A stretch of 64,000 nt of DNA from Octopus sinensis (lineage: Eukaryota): contig NC_043003.1 of assembly GCF_006345805.1 (NCBI RefSeq), forward strand, positions 99,076,001 through 99,140,000, read 5' to 3'. The notes beneath the pieces are model-generated. The model saw nothing but the letters and a program-made list of their open reading frames with translations. It did no database searches and had not been told where the DNA came from. Position numbers and translations under genes: made by a program. Shown in pieces: positions 51,977 through 63,489 of this stretch. Position 1 is the first letter of the stretch, and each line of letters begins with the position of its first letter.

Positions 51977-53569
51977 TAAATTTAACGCATTTTACTATAA
52001 GTCTAATGAATCGAGGCTGACTTGTGGTTAAACAGTAAGAATAACATGATCCAACGAATACGCTTCTATGTAGTCATTTCGCGTGTTAAAAATAGCAGCT
52101 AACTATCCCTCAAAATACGCTATAGAGTTATAAAAAAAAAGGGTGGGGACTGGTGCATTCGATAATGTAAGCCTATATGTCTTTAAATGGAGTGCAATAC
52201 CTTTGGCACCACAGTTGACATGGAGTGGGTGAGGGCGGGGTTCAAGAAACAACAGCAACAACAAAAACATTTTATACAGTCTCGGTATCAGAGAGATTGG
52301 CAATGAGCGAATTTTTGAAAAAGAAAACAGATAAAGGACATCGTTAAGGATCAAATGAGGAAGCTTCCGGAAGTTATTGGAGATAGGATTCTGACGAACA
52401 TGGTAAACAAACAAAAAAAAAAGGGAAAAGGAAGAAAAAAATAGAAGATACAACAGCGATAAGAGACCACTTCACCTCACCGAGGACCAAAATAAAATTA
52501 AATTCAACAAGTGAAGAAACAAGAGAAGACACCATATAGAAAACAAAAGAAAAAACAAGATTTTTTAAAGCCAGTTATCTAAATAGAATTTGTCGGGCAA
52601 ATAACTGAAATAACTAAACAATGACAGAAAACAGATGTCAGCTATATAGCCTTTTGCGTATCTCTCGTCTTTCTGTCTTACGCTCACACTATCATGACCT
52701 CTCTTGCTCTTTTATACTCTCTATCTTTGTCTGTCTCTGTCTCTCTCTGTCTCTCTTTCTCTCTTTCTCTGTGTTTCTCTTTCTCTCTCTCTCTTTCTTT
52801 GTCTCCCTCTCCCTTTCTATTCTCAGCCAGTCTCTTACTCTCATACATCGTGTAGCTCAATTTCTACGCTTATCGTTTACTTCATGTAGAAGAAATACAT
52901 ACACACACACATACACACAAACACAAACACATATACACACACATACACACACACATACATACATACATACATACATACATACATACATACATACATACAT
53001 GCATACATACATGCATACATGCATACATACATACATACATACATACATACATACATACATACATACATACATACATACATACACACATATATGCGCATAG
53101 GCACACATTTATATGTATAAATAACCTTTTTATTTATTTATATATTTATTTATTAATACAAGGCGGTGAGCTGCCAGAAACGTTAGCACGCTGGGCAAAA
53201 AATTCTTAGCGGCATTTCCTTCGTCTTTAGGTTCTGAGTTCAAATTTCGCCGAGATCAACTTTGCCTTTCATCCCTTTTCAGGAACGATGAAATAATTAT
53301 GTGTTGAGTACTGGAGACGATATAATCGAAGGAATCTTCTCCTAAAATTTCAGGAACGTGCCAATAGCAGAAATGATATTTATTTATACGCATACTACTT
53401 GCACATGAAAGAGGCGATTGTAAATATTTTTTATAAATTATTTACTCGCCATTACACGTGTTTCATATCCCAATAGGAGTTACAAATATGTACATGTAGA
53501 AAAAACATGTAAAACGCCTATTAGACAGAGTATCATGAAGACACATCTTGGATTAAAACATTATACATA

Positions 53570-53720
53570 GTTAAATTTACGGAAAACAAAAGACGTAGAC
53601 AGGCGAAGGAACAACAAGCAGATGTATTAATTCGACGCTCGGGGAGAATGAGAAAGTCTTTGACATTTCAAGCCTACGCTCTTCGACAGAAAAGATTGTG
53701 AGGTAAGAAAAGGAAGAAAG
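53570..53720 (-). mobile_element. Probable Penelope-like terminal repeat fragment with a hammerhead-like motif (copy 3)
   Basis: Homologous to 38340-38470; motif at 53657-53695. Confidence 0.45.
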
Positions 53721-54294
53721 AACGTCAAAGAAAACGGAGAGAGAAAAAAATGTCTATGTATGTATGTATTATTCTTTTATTCTTTTATTTGTTTCAGTCA
53801 TTTGACTGCAGCCATGCTGGAGAACCACTTTTAGTCGAGCAAACATGCACACATATATACACACGCGCGCACACAGGCACACACACACACACACACACAC
53901 ACCACACACATACATACAACGGGCTTCTTTCAGTTTCCGTCCAACAAATCCACTCACAAAGCTTTGGTCGGCCCGAGGCTATAGTAGAAGACACTCTCCC
54001 AAGGTGCCACTGCCGCAGTCTCTGGATATTTCATGAGGTTGATCATTTTGTGTGGCTTTCCGAGTTATATTTTTTAGGTCTTTTTCTAGCAATTGCAGGC
54101 GCCATTTTGCATACTTGTTTATGAACTTTGCCTATTTATTTTTAATTGCTATAGCCACTTCTAATATAAAGTATTTAATATATCATAATCTATCAATTTA
54201 CTATCATAATATCACGTTGTATATATCTATATATATATATATATATATGTAGGTCCCGGGTTGATTCGGGGTTAACATATATATATATATATAT

Positions 54295-54370
54295 AATTCA
54301 TAAATGAGGGCAAAGGAAAAAATTTCTTTAGACATTTTTTTCTTTTTTCCTTTGCCCTCATTTATGAATT
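54295..54370. repeat. Fold-back, perfect 28-bp arms
   Basis: AATTCATAAATGAGGGCAAAGGAAAAAA versus TTTTTTCCTTTGCCCTCATTTATGAATT. Confidence 0.92.
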
Positions 54371-54491
54371 CTTTATAAATTTAACCGTTAAAGGTATTTT
54401 TTACTATGCTGGCCATTGATAAAGTTTTTTTTGAGAAAATATTTTTTGGAAAAGAATTTTATCCTCACATTTGATATATATATATATATAG

Positions 54492-54524
<33 letters not shown>

Positions 54525-54619
54525 ATATATATATAAACTTATATTTCTCTCTCTCTCTCTCAGTATATATATGTATGTATATATATGTTTACATACATAG
54601 ATATACATACATACATACA

Positions 54620-55472
54620 TACAGGGTGCGATGAACAAACTGTCAACTAAATTACGCAAAAATGAAAATAACACTGACATCTCATTTTAACAGATATATT
54701 TACCAAAATTGCATAAAAAATCTTGAAATACTAAAGAGCAAATTTATATAAAATCGCCATTAGCTTCAACCAAGGCCTCCAGACGACTTCAGAATCTCCT
54801 GCAACTCTTCTGGAAGGTCTCCTTGTTTAAGTTGGTGAATTCTGCCATAATCCTTGCCTTCAGTTCATCTTTCGTCTGCGTCCCACACATAATAATCAGC
54901 CTGAAGAGTTAGGCAGCCAGATGTTAGGGGTGATGTGGTCGTAGAAATTGTCTGACAGCCATGACTGGGTTTTCATGCTTGTGTGGCATGATGCAGAGTC
55001 CTGTTACCAGACATAGGGTCTTCCAGAAGCCCCACTCTTCACTCAGGGCAGCACTACCTCCTCCAGGTACTTGATGTAGGCCTCCGTGCTGAGTGTGAGG
55101 CCATGCGGGAAGATGAATAGTGGCATAACGTCTCCATCACTCGGGATCACGCCAGAAACCATGATGTTGACTGGATGTTTGATTTTTATCCCTCTCGGTA
55201 CATGACCTCAGATTGCGCTGTCCTCAGACTGATGTCCAAATACTCTGAAATATTATTCATATTGGAGCTATCGGCGTGAATGCCAAGTAGTACAGCAGGT
55301 CGTTTCCAAATTTCTTGCAGAATGAATTGCGTCATGGTGCTGTTTTTCTCACAGACGGTGTCCAACTGACGCAACCATACTGTGTAGTTGACAAAATCAA
55401 AAACAAATAATGCGTGCGTACGAAATTAAGAATATAAAACGGCGACAATTTACCCATCGCCAACCCCATGTG
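54620..55472 (-). mobile_element. Tc1/mariner element, DD37D (maT)-like, internally deleted
   Basis: KHPVNIMVSGVIPSDGDVMPLFIFPHGL..GRPYVW*QDSASCHTS..W.PNS..DYYVW; TA-CAGGGTG terminus and a degenerate TIR at about 55443-55468. Confidence 0.8.
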
Positions 55473-55479
55473 TACTGTG

Positions 55480-55546
<67 letters not shown>

Positions 55547-55994
55547 TATATATATATGTATGTATATGTGTATATAATATAATATTATATATATATATAT
55601 AATATATCGATATATATAGATACATACATACATACATATATATATTACGACGGACTTCTTTCAGTTTCCGACTAACAAATCACTCCACAAGGCTTGGTCA
55701 TCCCGAGGCTATAGTAGATGTTACTCGCCCAAGGTGCCACGCAGTGGGACTGAACCCGGAATTATCTGGTGAGAAGCAAGCTCCTTACCACACAGCCCAC
55801 TTTTTCTGTCTGTCTGTCTTCTCTCTCTCTCTTTCTTTCTCTCTCTCGTCTAATATATTTATTTATATATGTTGTATATATGTATGTATGTATATATATA
55901 TATATAATATATTATTATAATATATATATATTATTTTTAGGAATAAAAATTCCTGTATACCAGAGGTTCAATGAAGAAATATATTTTAATTTAG

Positions 55995-56235
55995 AGATAG
56001 TAGACCCCTACATCTCACCAAATGAAAAGAAATTTTATTTTAATTTTAAATACCTACTGTTTTATTCCTTGGCAACACGTGTTTAGGAACCCGAGGGTGT
56101 ACCTCATGAAACACGGAGTGGTTTAGGAACCCGAGGATAGACCTCATGAAACATGTGTTGCCAGGAATAAAACAGTAGGTATTTAAATAAAATAAAAATT
56201 CTTTATACTTGGTGAGATGTAGGGGTCTACTATCT
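55995..56235. repeat. Fold-back, about 85-bp arms, spacer containing a 40-bp-period direct repeat
   Basis: AGATAGTAGACCCCTACATCTCACCA.. versus ..TGGTGAGATGTAGGGGTCTACTATCT; GTTTAGGAACCCGAGG..ACCTCATGAAACA occurs twice. Confidence 0.9.
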
Positions 56236-56285
56236 ATACATTATATATATATATATATATATAATATATTTATATATATATAATA

Positions 56286-56317
<32 letters not shown>

Positions 56318-56339
56318 AAATATATTTAGAGTGTTTTGG

Positions 56340-58230
56340 AATTTTCCTTCATACAGTATAATATCTGAAGAGAAGATTTTTCTCAAAGATTGAGATAAGA
56401 ACCTTTTTAGAAAGTCGAAAGCCACTAACCGTTGGGAAGAGATTTCACAAAATGTGTGTGGTCTTTGCTTTTATAGATGTGCAAGCGCTTTCAGTTCTTA
56501 ACGTTTTCAAGCACGTGTTATACATAGTGAAAGTTGTTTTCACTATGTCAAATTGTGTTTGACTATATCCGGTTTAGTTTCGGACTCAGAAATCGTATAA
56601 AATATTCTTCTTTTGTCTTCCGGAGAAGGTCATTCTCTTTATTTATTTTATGAAGAGGGTAAATTTTCCTGTACATCTAAGTACGGAATGTTTTATTTTT
56701 TATCTGTGCACATTTACACGGTTGGTTAGTTTCCTTTTTTGTTTCCCCAATACAATGTTCGTTGCATCGTGAACATGTGATACAATATATCAGGTTTTTG
56801 CTTTTACAGTTCATATCTGCATTCACCTTTAATTCTTTTCCATTCTTGAATTTTTTGGCTTGTCCCTCTTCTATTAAATCACATGTCCCACATAGGAGAT
56901 CTCTACATTTAATAATTTGCATCATTTCTTCCTCTGATGCAAATCTTGCTTCGGTTAGAAGATTCTTAAGATTTGGTATTTACTTTCGGCTGTTAATTAT
57001 TTGTTGTTCCTTGATTATTTGTCAAAGACTGGTGTAGAATTTGTGGAAGGCATTTGGCTGTTTGTAGAATACTGTGGTTCCTGCGATTGTGAGTGATAAC
57101 AAATGGGATATTTTTATGTTCATTTTCCCGTTATTCCGCAGCGTGAGTGTTTTTTCTTCTTAGTGTAGAGATTGGGATATTTTTAGCTTCAGTTATCGCT
57201 TGGTCTATTAGTTTGGTGGGGTAGTTTGGTTTGTTAAGGAAAAAGTTAAGTTCTGCAAGTCATCTTTCTCTTCTATTTCTCTCCGAAACTACCGTACATA
57301 TTCGTCTTGCCATATTAAAGGGTATGTTCCTTTTTGTATGAGAAGGATGGCAAGATCTGAAGTCTAAATATTGATGCGTGTCTGTGTTTTTGTAATAAAG
57401 GTCAGTGGTTATAATCTCATTCACTCTACTTATTGAGATATCTAGGAAGGGGAGTTCCCTTTCTTTTATTTCCATAGTGAACTGGATTGATCCATGGACG
57501 CTGTTTATTATTTCAAAAATGTTTTTAAGGTTTTCCTTACTTCTGTTCCAGAATATAAATATCTTTTCCCACTAGGTATGAGTGGAAGTTTTGGCTAAAA
57601 GAAATCTGAGATAAGCAGTAGATTTTTTTCTTCCAAATAATTCATTACAAGCGTGGCAAGTGTAGGTGCTACCCTGGTACCCATCGATGTCCCATGTATT
57701 TGTAGGTATTGGTTGTCAAAAACGAAGTAGTTATTTTCTTGTACTAGCTATGGTCCTTCAAGTATTAACTTCTTGGAGAATCTTTCTTGGATTCCTTGGG
57801 GGTGTTTTGTATCCAGAACTCTACTGCTTCTTGCCCTAAGTTATGGGGGACATTGGTGTAGAGGCTGACTACATCAAAGCTGACTAATATAGTTTGTTCA
57901 TTCTTTTTGGAATGTGGTTTAGGAAATCCATATCATCTCTAATAAACCTAGGGACGAATTTACATAAAGGTTTTAGCATTGTGTCGAGCAATTTGCTCTG
58001 TCTTTGTGTGCTTAATTCTGGTCCTGCTACAGTTGGTGTTAATTTAAAATCAGGTGGTCTGAGAATCTAATACGTTCTTGAAAACGTTAAGGGCTGAAAG
58101 CGCTTGCACATCTATAAAAGCAAAACCCACACACATTTTGTGAAATCTCTTCCCAAAGGTTAGTGTCTTTCGACTTTCTAAAAAGGTTCTTTTCTCAATC
58201 TTAACTCTTTGAGAAAAAATCTTCTCTCCA
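56340..58230 (-). mobile_element. Penelope-like element (5'-truncated RT plus GIY-YIG endonuclease) with inverted terminal repeats
   Basis: RT: ILVSFDVVSLYTNVP, QIHGTSMGTRVAP, LPFLDI..YYKNTDTHQYLDFRSCHP; EN: CKSKNLIYCITCSRCNEHCIGET; 56370-56520 is inverted relative to 58065-58230. Confidence 0.9.
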
Positions 58231-58240
58231 TATATATATA

Positions 58241-58298
<58 letters not shown>

Positions 58299-58381
58299 GT
58301 GTGTGTGTGTGCGTATTTCGCTTTTGGATTTGGTTTGCAAGATTTTGTATGTGAGTTCGCGAGTTGAAGTATATTCTGTTG

Positions 58382-58544
58382 TGTCTGGGGAGAGTCATTC
58401 TCTCTTAGTGCCTTATAACCTTTTCAATAGTTCTTAACTCTAGTTGCATAAATGCAGCGAAAAGTTTAGAAAAAGAAAGTGGTAATTTTACCCGGCGAGT
58501 GTTAAATTATAAGCACTAAAAGAGAATGACTCTCACCAGACAAC
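58382..58544. repeat. Fold-back, about 37-bp arms, about 88-nt spacer
   Basis: TGTCTGGGGAGAGTCATTCTCTCTTAGTGCCTTATAA versus TTATAAGCACTAAAAGAGAATGACTCTCACCAGACA. Confidence 0.8.
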
Positions 58545-58561
58545 AATATATATATATATAT

Positions 58562-58592
<31 letters not shown>

Positions 58593-58594
58593 AT

Positions 58595-58645
<51 letters not shown>

Positions 58646-58881
58646 TATATATCTATATATATATATGCATACATGCAGACAGTTGAGTAGATAGATAGTT
58701 GCGTATATAAGTATATAGTTATGAATGTGTGTAACAAATATATTATATATATATATATATATATCACACACACAAATTCTTAAACGCATGCAAATAGATT
58801 AACATACACAAACATACATTTGTGGTAGATGTATGTGTTTGTATGCAAGCATGTATATATGTATGCATGCATGTATGCATG

Positions 58882-58912
<31 letters not shown>

Positions 58913-59282
58913 TAAGTATTTTAACATTGCCGTGAAGGTTGGTGCATATTCACATTCATATACACACATGCACGTATGCATACAAAAACAAGCAAACACT
59001 CACAATACATTCGTGGGGTTGCAGTTAAGAAGTAAAGTAGGGCACACCCCAATTTTAGTACGTATGTACGCATTTCCTTGTTGTATGCAACCCTGTGCTT
59101 GTATGTGTCTATAAATGTGATTGTGTTTGTGTGGGTACAAATGTCAATGTCTTCTAGTTTTAGTTATGACTGAGAGGTTTTATCAATCTATGCTTGTTGT
59201 TTATGAATGTATGTATGTCTTCATTCATTCGTGCCCGCACAGAAATAGATAGATAGGTAGATAGATAGATAGATAGATAGAC

Positions 59283-59341
<59 letters not shown>

Positions 59342-59386
59342 CAAACAGACAGACAGACAGACAGATAGATAGATAGATAGATATAG

Positions 59387-59421
<35 letters not shown>

Positions 59422-59463
59422 AAGATAGATAGATAGACAGACATACAGACAGACAGACAGACT

Positions 59464-59494
<31 letters not shown>

Positions 59495-59546
59495 GTAGAT
59501 AGATATATAGATAGATAGATAGAATAGATAGATTAGATAGATAGAT

Positions 59547-60496
59547 TATAATTTTCTTTATTGGCCACACAGGGCTGCACACAGATGGGACAAGTTACAA
59601 GGTAAGCTTTCTTTTGGGGGATGAAAAAACAAAAAACAAAGAAACAAAAAAAGGGGGGTGGCGTAGGTTTTCGATCAAGAGGGATCGTTAAAAGGGAAGA
59701 AAAAAGAACAAAAAATAAATAAATAAAAGAAAAAAGAAAAAAGAAAAAGAAAAAAAGAAAAGGAAAAGGAGCAAAAGAAAAGAGAAATGAAAAAAGAAGA
59801 AAAAAGGGGAAGAGGAAAAAAACGATCAATAGGGATCGTGTATCACAGTGTTATGATATATGGTGTAAAGGGGAAAGCAAGTAAGGTTTATCCGTGGGAA
59901 GAAAAGCCTACGAAAAAGACCACGGTGACCTTGGTCAATATTGTTATATGTTACCACATTTGTTTGCAAGTGGGTAACCCTCTGTTTTCAATTTCTGGGT
60001 TCATAGGATTATGCTCAAGGTGGCTTCGTCATTCATACGTGCCATCCTTGCTACATTCACCCATCTTTTTTTAAAACATTCGCTAGACAAAACTTGCCTC
60101 TCTACTCTCACTTTCCTTTTCAAGTGGTACTTGAAGAAGTTGATGAGAGATTGACCAGAGAGGAAAGTGTTTGTCTCCAATCCTTTCAGACGCGTCCACC
60201 AGATACATTCTTTCGCCATAGCCACAAGGATGATGAAAATAGCCCTTCCTTCCCGTTTGAAGGAAGGAGGCGTGACAATATTGACGACAGACTCAGCTGA
60301 TAAACCGACTCGTCCCACACGTGACAGCAGTTGTTCGACATAAGCCCACAGGTCGGAAATTGTTGGACACTGCACGAGTGCGTGCAGAACGGTTTCGTCG
60401 CTCTGACCGCATCTCGGGCAAGTCGGCCCCGTGTTTCTCGAGCCGTGTCTGTAGAGCTTATCCCGAACGGGTAGCGCTTCTCGGTAGCACTGCCAG
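59547..60496 (-). mobile_element. Tx1/L1-type LINE, 5'-truncated 3' fragment (zf-RVT domain, ORF end and 3' UTR) inside (GATA)n
   Basis: WQCYREALPVRDKLYRHGSRNTGPTCPRCGQSDETVLHALVQCPTISDLW (CxxC-x8-H-x4-C), open to the stop at 60001; AATAAA at the 3' end; (GATA)n on both flanks. Confidence 0.88.
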
Positions 60497-60530
60497 ATAG
60501 ATAGATAATATAGATAAATAGATAGATAGT

Positions 60531-60621
<91 letters not shown>

Positions 60622-60630
60622 AAAAATTTA

Positions 60631-61022
60631 CAGGAGTGGCTGTGTGGTAAGTAGCTTGCTTGCGCTTACCAACTACATGGTTCCGGGTTCAGTCCTATTA
60701 TGTCGCACCTTGGGGAAGTGTCTTCTACTATAGCTTCGGGCCGACCAAAGCCTTGTGACTGGATTTGATAGACGGGAACTAAAATAGTCCGTCCTATATA
60801 TGTATGTGTGTGTGTATGATTGTGTGTCTGTGTTTGTCCCACACATACACGCACACTTGTATGTTTACGTCAACGCAACTTAGCGGTTCGGCAAAAATCA
60901 TATAGAATAAGTACTAGGCTTACAAAGAATAACTCCTGGAGTTGATTTGCTCGACTAAAGGCGATGCTCCAGCATGGTTGCAGTCAAATGGTTGAAGCAA
61001 ATAAAACAAATAAAACAATAAA
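60631..61022 (+). mobile_element. SINE family C
   Basis: Same family consensus. Confidence 0.88.
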
Positions 61023-61044
61023 ACTATATATATACAAATTTTTC

Positions 61045-61248
61045 TGAGGAGTTGCTGTAAGTTCCTGGCTTTGTGTAAAAAAATAAAGGAGCAGCAGTTA
61101 ATTATGATTTTAATCAACGTACCTCTATCTTAGATTCTCACACTTCTTGCACTGGTCCTTCAGTTTTTCTAAACTCTGTAAAAGAACTCGGAATGTTGGG
61201 CCTTCACGATACCCTTAAAGCCAGGAACTTTTCAGCACCCCGTCGTAT
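61045..61248. mobile_element. mariner-type MITE (about 200 bp)
   Basis: TIRs GAGGAGTTGCTGTAAGTTCCTGGCTTT and AAAGCCAGGAACTTTTCAGCACCCCGTCGTA. Confidence 0.7.
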
Positions 61249-61627
61249 ATCTTTTTTTTCTTTTTGTTCTTTACACCCATTTTTCGAGTCGAAGTTTGCC
61301 GAGTTTAAGGCTTATCCAAACGATCCGTTTGAATAAACATCGCAGCTGAGAAACTTTGATGTCCCTGTCAAGAAAATTATTTAAAATATCAATCTACTCT
61401 TAGTGTAGTGAATTTTTTATGTAGAAAACGTTATCTATTTTTATGCAAAAAATACTTTCAACCATCTCGAAGCACATACATCTATAAATATCCATATACA
61501 AAGGGATATTTAAAGATGTATGTGCTCCGAGATGCATCGTTTTGAAAAATAATTGTTTCACATGTTCTCGAAGTTCCAGTTCTGACAAAGCTATGAGGTG
61601 AAACACAAGCACTCAGCTATGAGTGCA

Positions 61628-63480
61628 TTGCCAGCACTACCAGATCCTCTTCAACTTCTTATGGATCTTCTGGAAGGCACTTTCATCCAGTCAAAAGATT
61701 TATTGAACAATATTAGACAAAACAACTCTGCATTTCAAATGACATCTTTTGGTGCATCTTAGGAGACAGTTCAACATGGATTTATGCCGACATTCAAAGT
61801 CCAAAGGCAAATCTATCACCTCAATGTTTCTTTGTTACCCAAAAATGAAGAACCAAAATTCCTCCAAATTTACTTAATGAGTGACAATAAACCCAAAGGA
61901 GGTGTCAAAACTTCAGAAATTTATATATAAACATTGTTCATCAATTGCAAAATATGCTACATTAAAACAATACCCTGGTTTAAGCCTTTAAAACAGTTAT
62001 TGAACAACTTCCAGGTGATTATCAAATTGTTAACCGCGCTCACAAATGACCTCATGGTGAACACGTACGTCGTCTTAATGAGCCCACATCTAATGAAGTA
62101 GCCATCCTTAATGCAGGTGATCCCTATAAAAATCGTGATATTCTCTTTTCAAGATCTGAGAATGGTTAATGATAAACTATGTTAAACTTATCATGAATCA
62201 TGTCACAGACAAGGACTGTTAGAAAATTATTCAAATTCTCGCATACAGCTGAGGAATTTATTTGCAATAATGCTTCACACATGTGACCTGTCCAATCCCA
62301 AATAACTATAGGAGAATCACAAGCATGAACTAAGTGAGGATGTTCTCAATCGTGATCAAAGGGAAAAAAACCAATCCTTGACCTTCAATTAAATGACAAT
62401 AAGACTTTGATACTGCTTGAGAATAAACTCCATCATTTGGGAGGGAAAGATTTAAATGAGTATGGATTGCCATCTACCAACAGACAAAAACAAAATTGGT
62501 GCCATGATATTGTTCGAGAAACTTCCTACAATTTAGATGCTCTGGCACAGTTTGTCAAAGAAAAATGAGCCTAAGCTTCAACAATTGCAAGGGCGTGAAT
62601 ATAATACAACCATTGATGCAGTCAAACATGAAAGAGGTGGGGTTCTTTTTGGATGCTCCTGGTTGTACAGAAAAGACATTCCTAATGAATTTACTTCTTG
62701 CTACAGTCCGCCAGCAGAATCAAATTTCTTTAGCTGTTGCATCTTCTAGTATTGCAGCTACCCTCCCCAATGGGGGAAGAAGTGCTCATTCCATGTTCAA
62801 TCTCCCTCAAAGCCTTGCAATGAAAGATTCTCAAATGTGCAACATTTCCAACAACTCTGCAATGGCAACAGTTTTCCAACAAACTTGCCTGGTTGTTTGG
62901 GATGAGTGCACTATGTCACATCGTAGAGCTCTAGAGAGAATTGACCATACTCTCCAAGACATAAAATCAATAGCACGCTCATGGGAGGAGTAACAGTTCT
63001 TACAGGAGCCTTTCGTCAAACGTTTCCAGTTATATCCCCAAAGGATCAAACGCTGATGAGATCAATGCATGCTTTAAAACGTCGTGCTTTGGAGTCCTGT
63101 GAAAAAACTTCATCTTACAAATAACATGAAAGTATCTCTACAAGATGACCATACAGCTGGTGAATTCTCAGAGGAGCTTCTTAAGATTGGTAATGGAATA
63201 TTAACATTCAATGCAAGACTTCAGCAACAGGAAATTACATGCGGTCAAATGGTACTTTCTCTTATGGATCTTATGGATAGTCTTTCCCAATTTATCTGTC
63301 AATTACACTAACGTAAACTGGTTATGTGAAAGAGCAATATTGACTCCAACTCATGAAATAGTTGATAAACTCAATCATGAACGTCTTCAAAAGTTAACTG
63401 ATACATCAGAAATGACTGTTCGATCAAATGATACAACAGTTGATCAAGATCAGGCTTTTCAATGCCCTGTTGAATTTCCC
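61628..63480 (+). mobile_element. Helitron relic (RepHel N-terminal region plus PIF1 helicase, internally deleted)
   Basis: LNNIRQNNSAFQMTSFGA..FMPTFKVQRQIYH..EEPKFLQIY; FFLDAPGCTEKTFLMNLLL..LAVASSSIAATL..GGRSAHSMF..WDECTMSH; many stops. Confidence 0.9.
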
Positions 63481-63489
63481 GCCATTTTT

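Noticed and set aside
52331-52402. 72-nt candidate exon IKDIVKDQMRKLPEVIGDRILTNM
   Set aside because: The acceptor lacks a pyrimidine tract and the peptide is unrecognised
15415-59829. Dozens of ORFs with YIYI, VCVC, HTHT, MYVC, LSIY or poly-K/F peptides
   Set aside because: These are translations of (TA)n, (TG)n, (TATG)n, (TCTA)n and (GAA)n microsatellites
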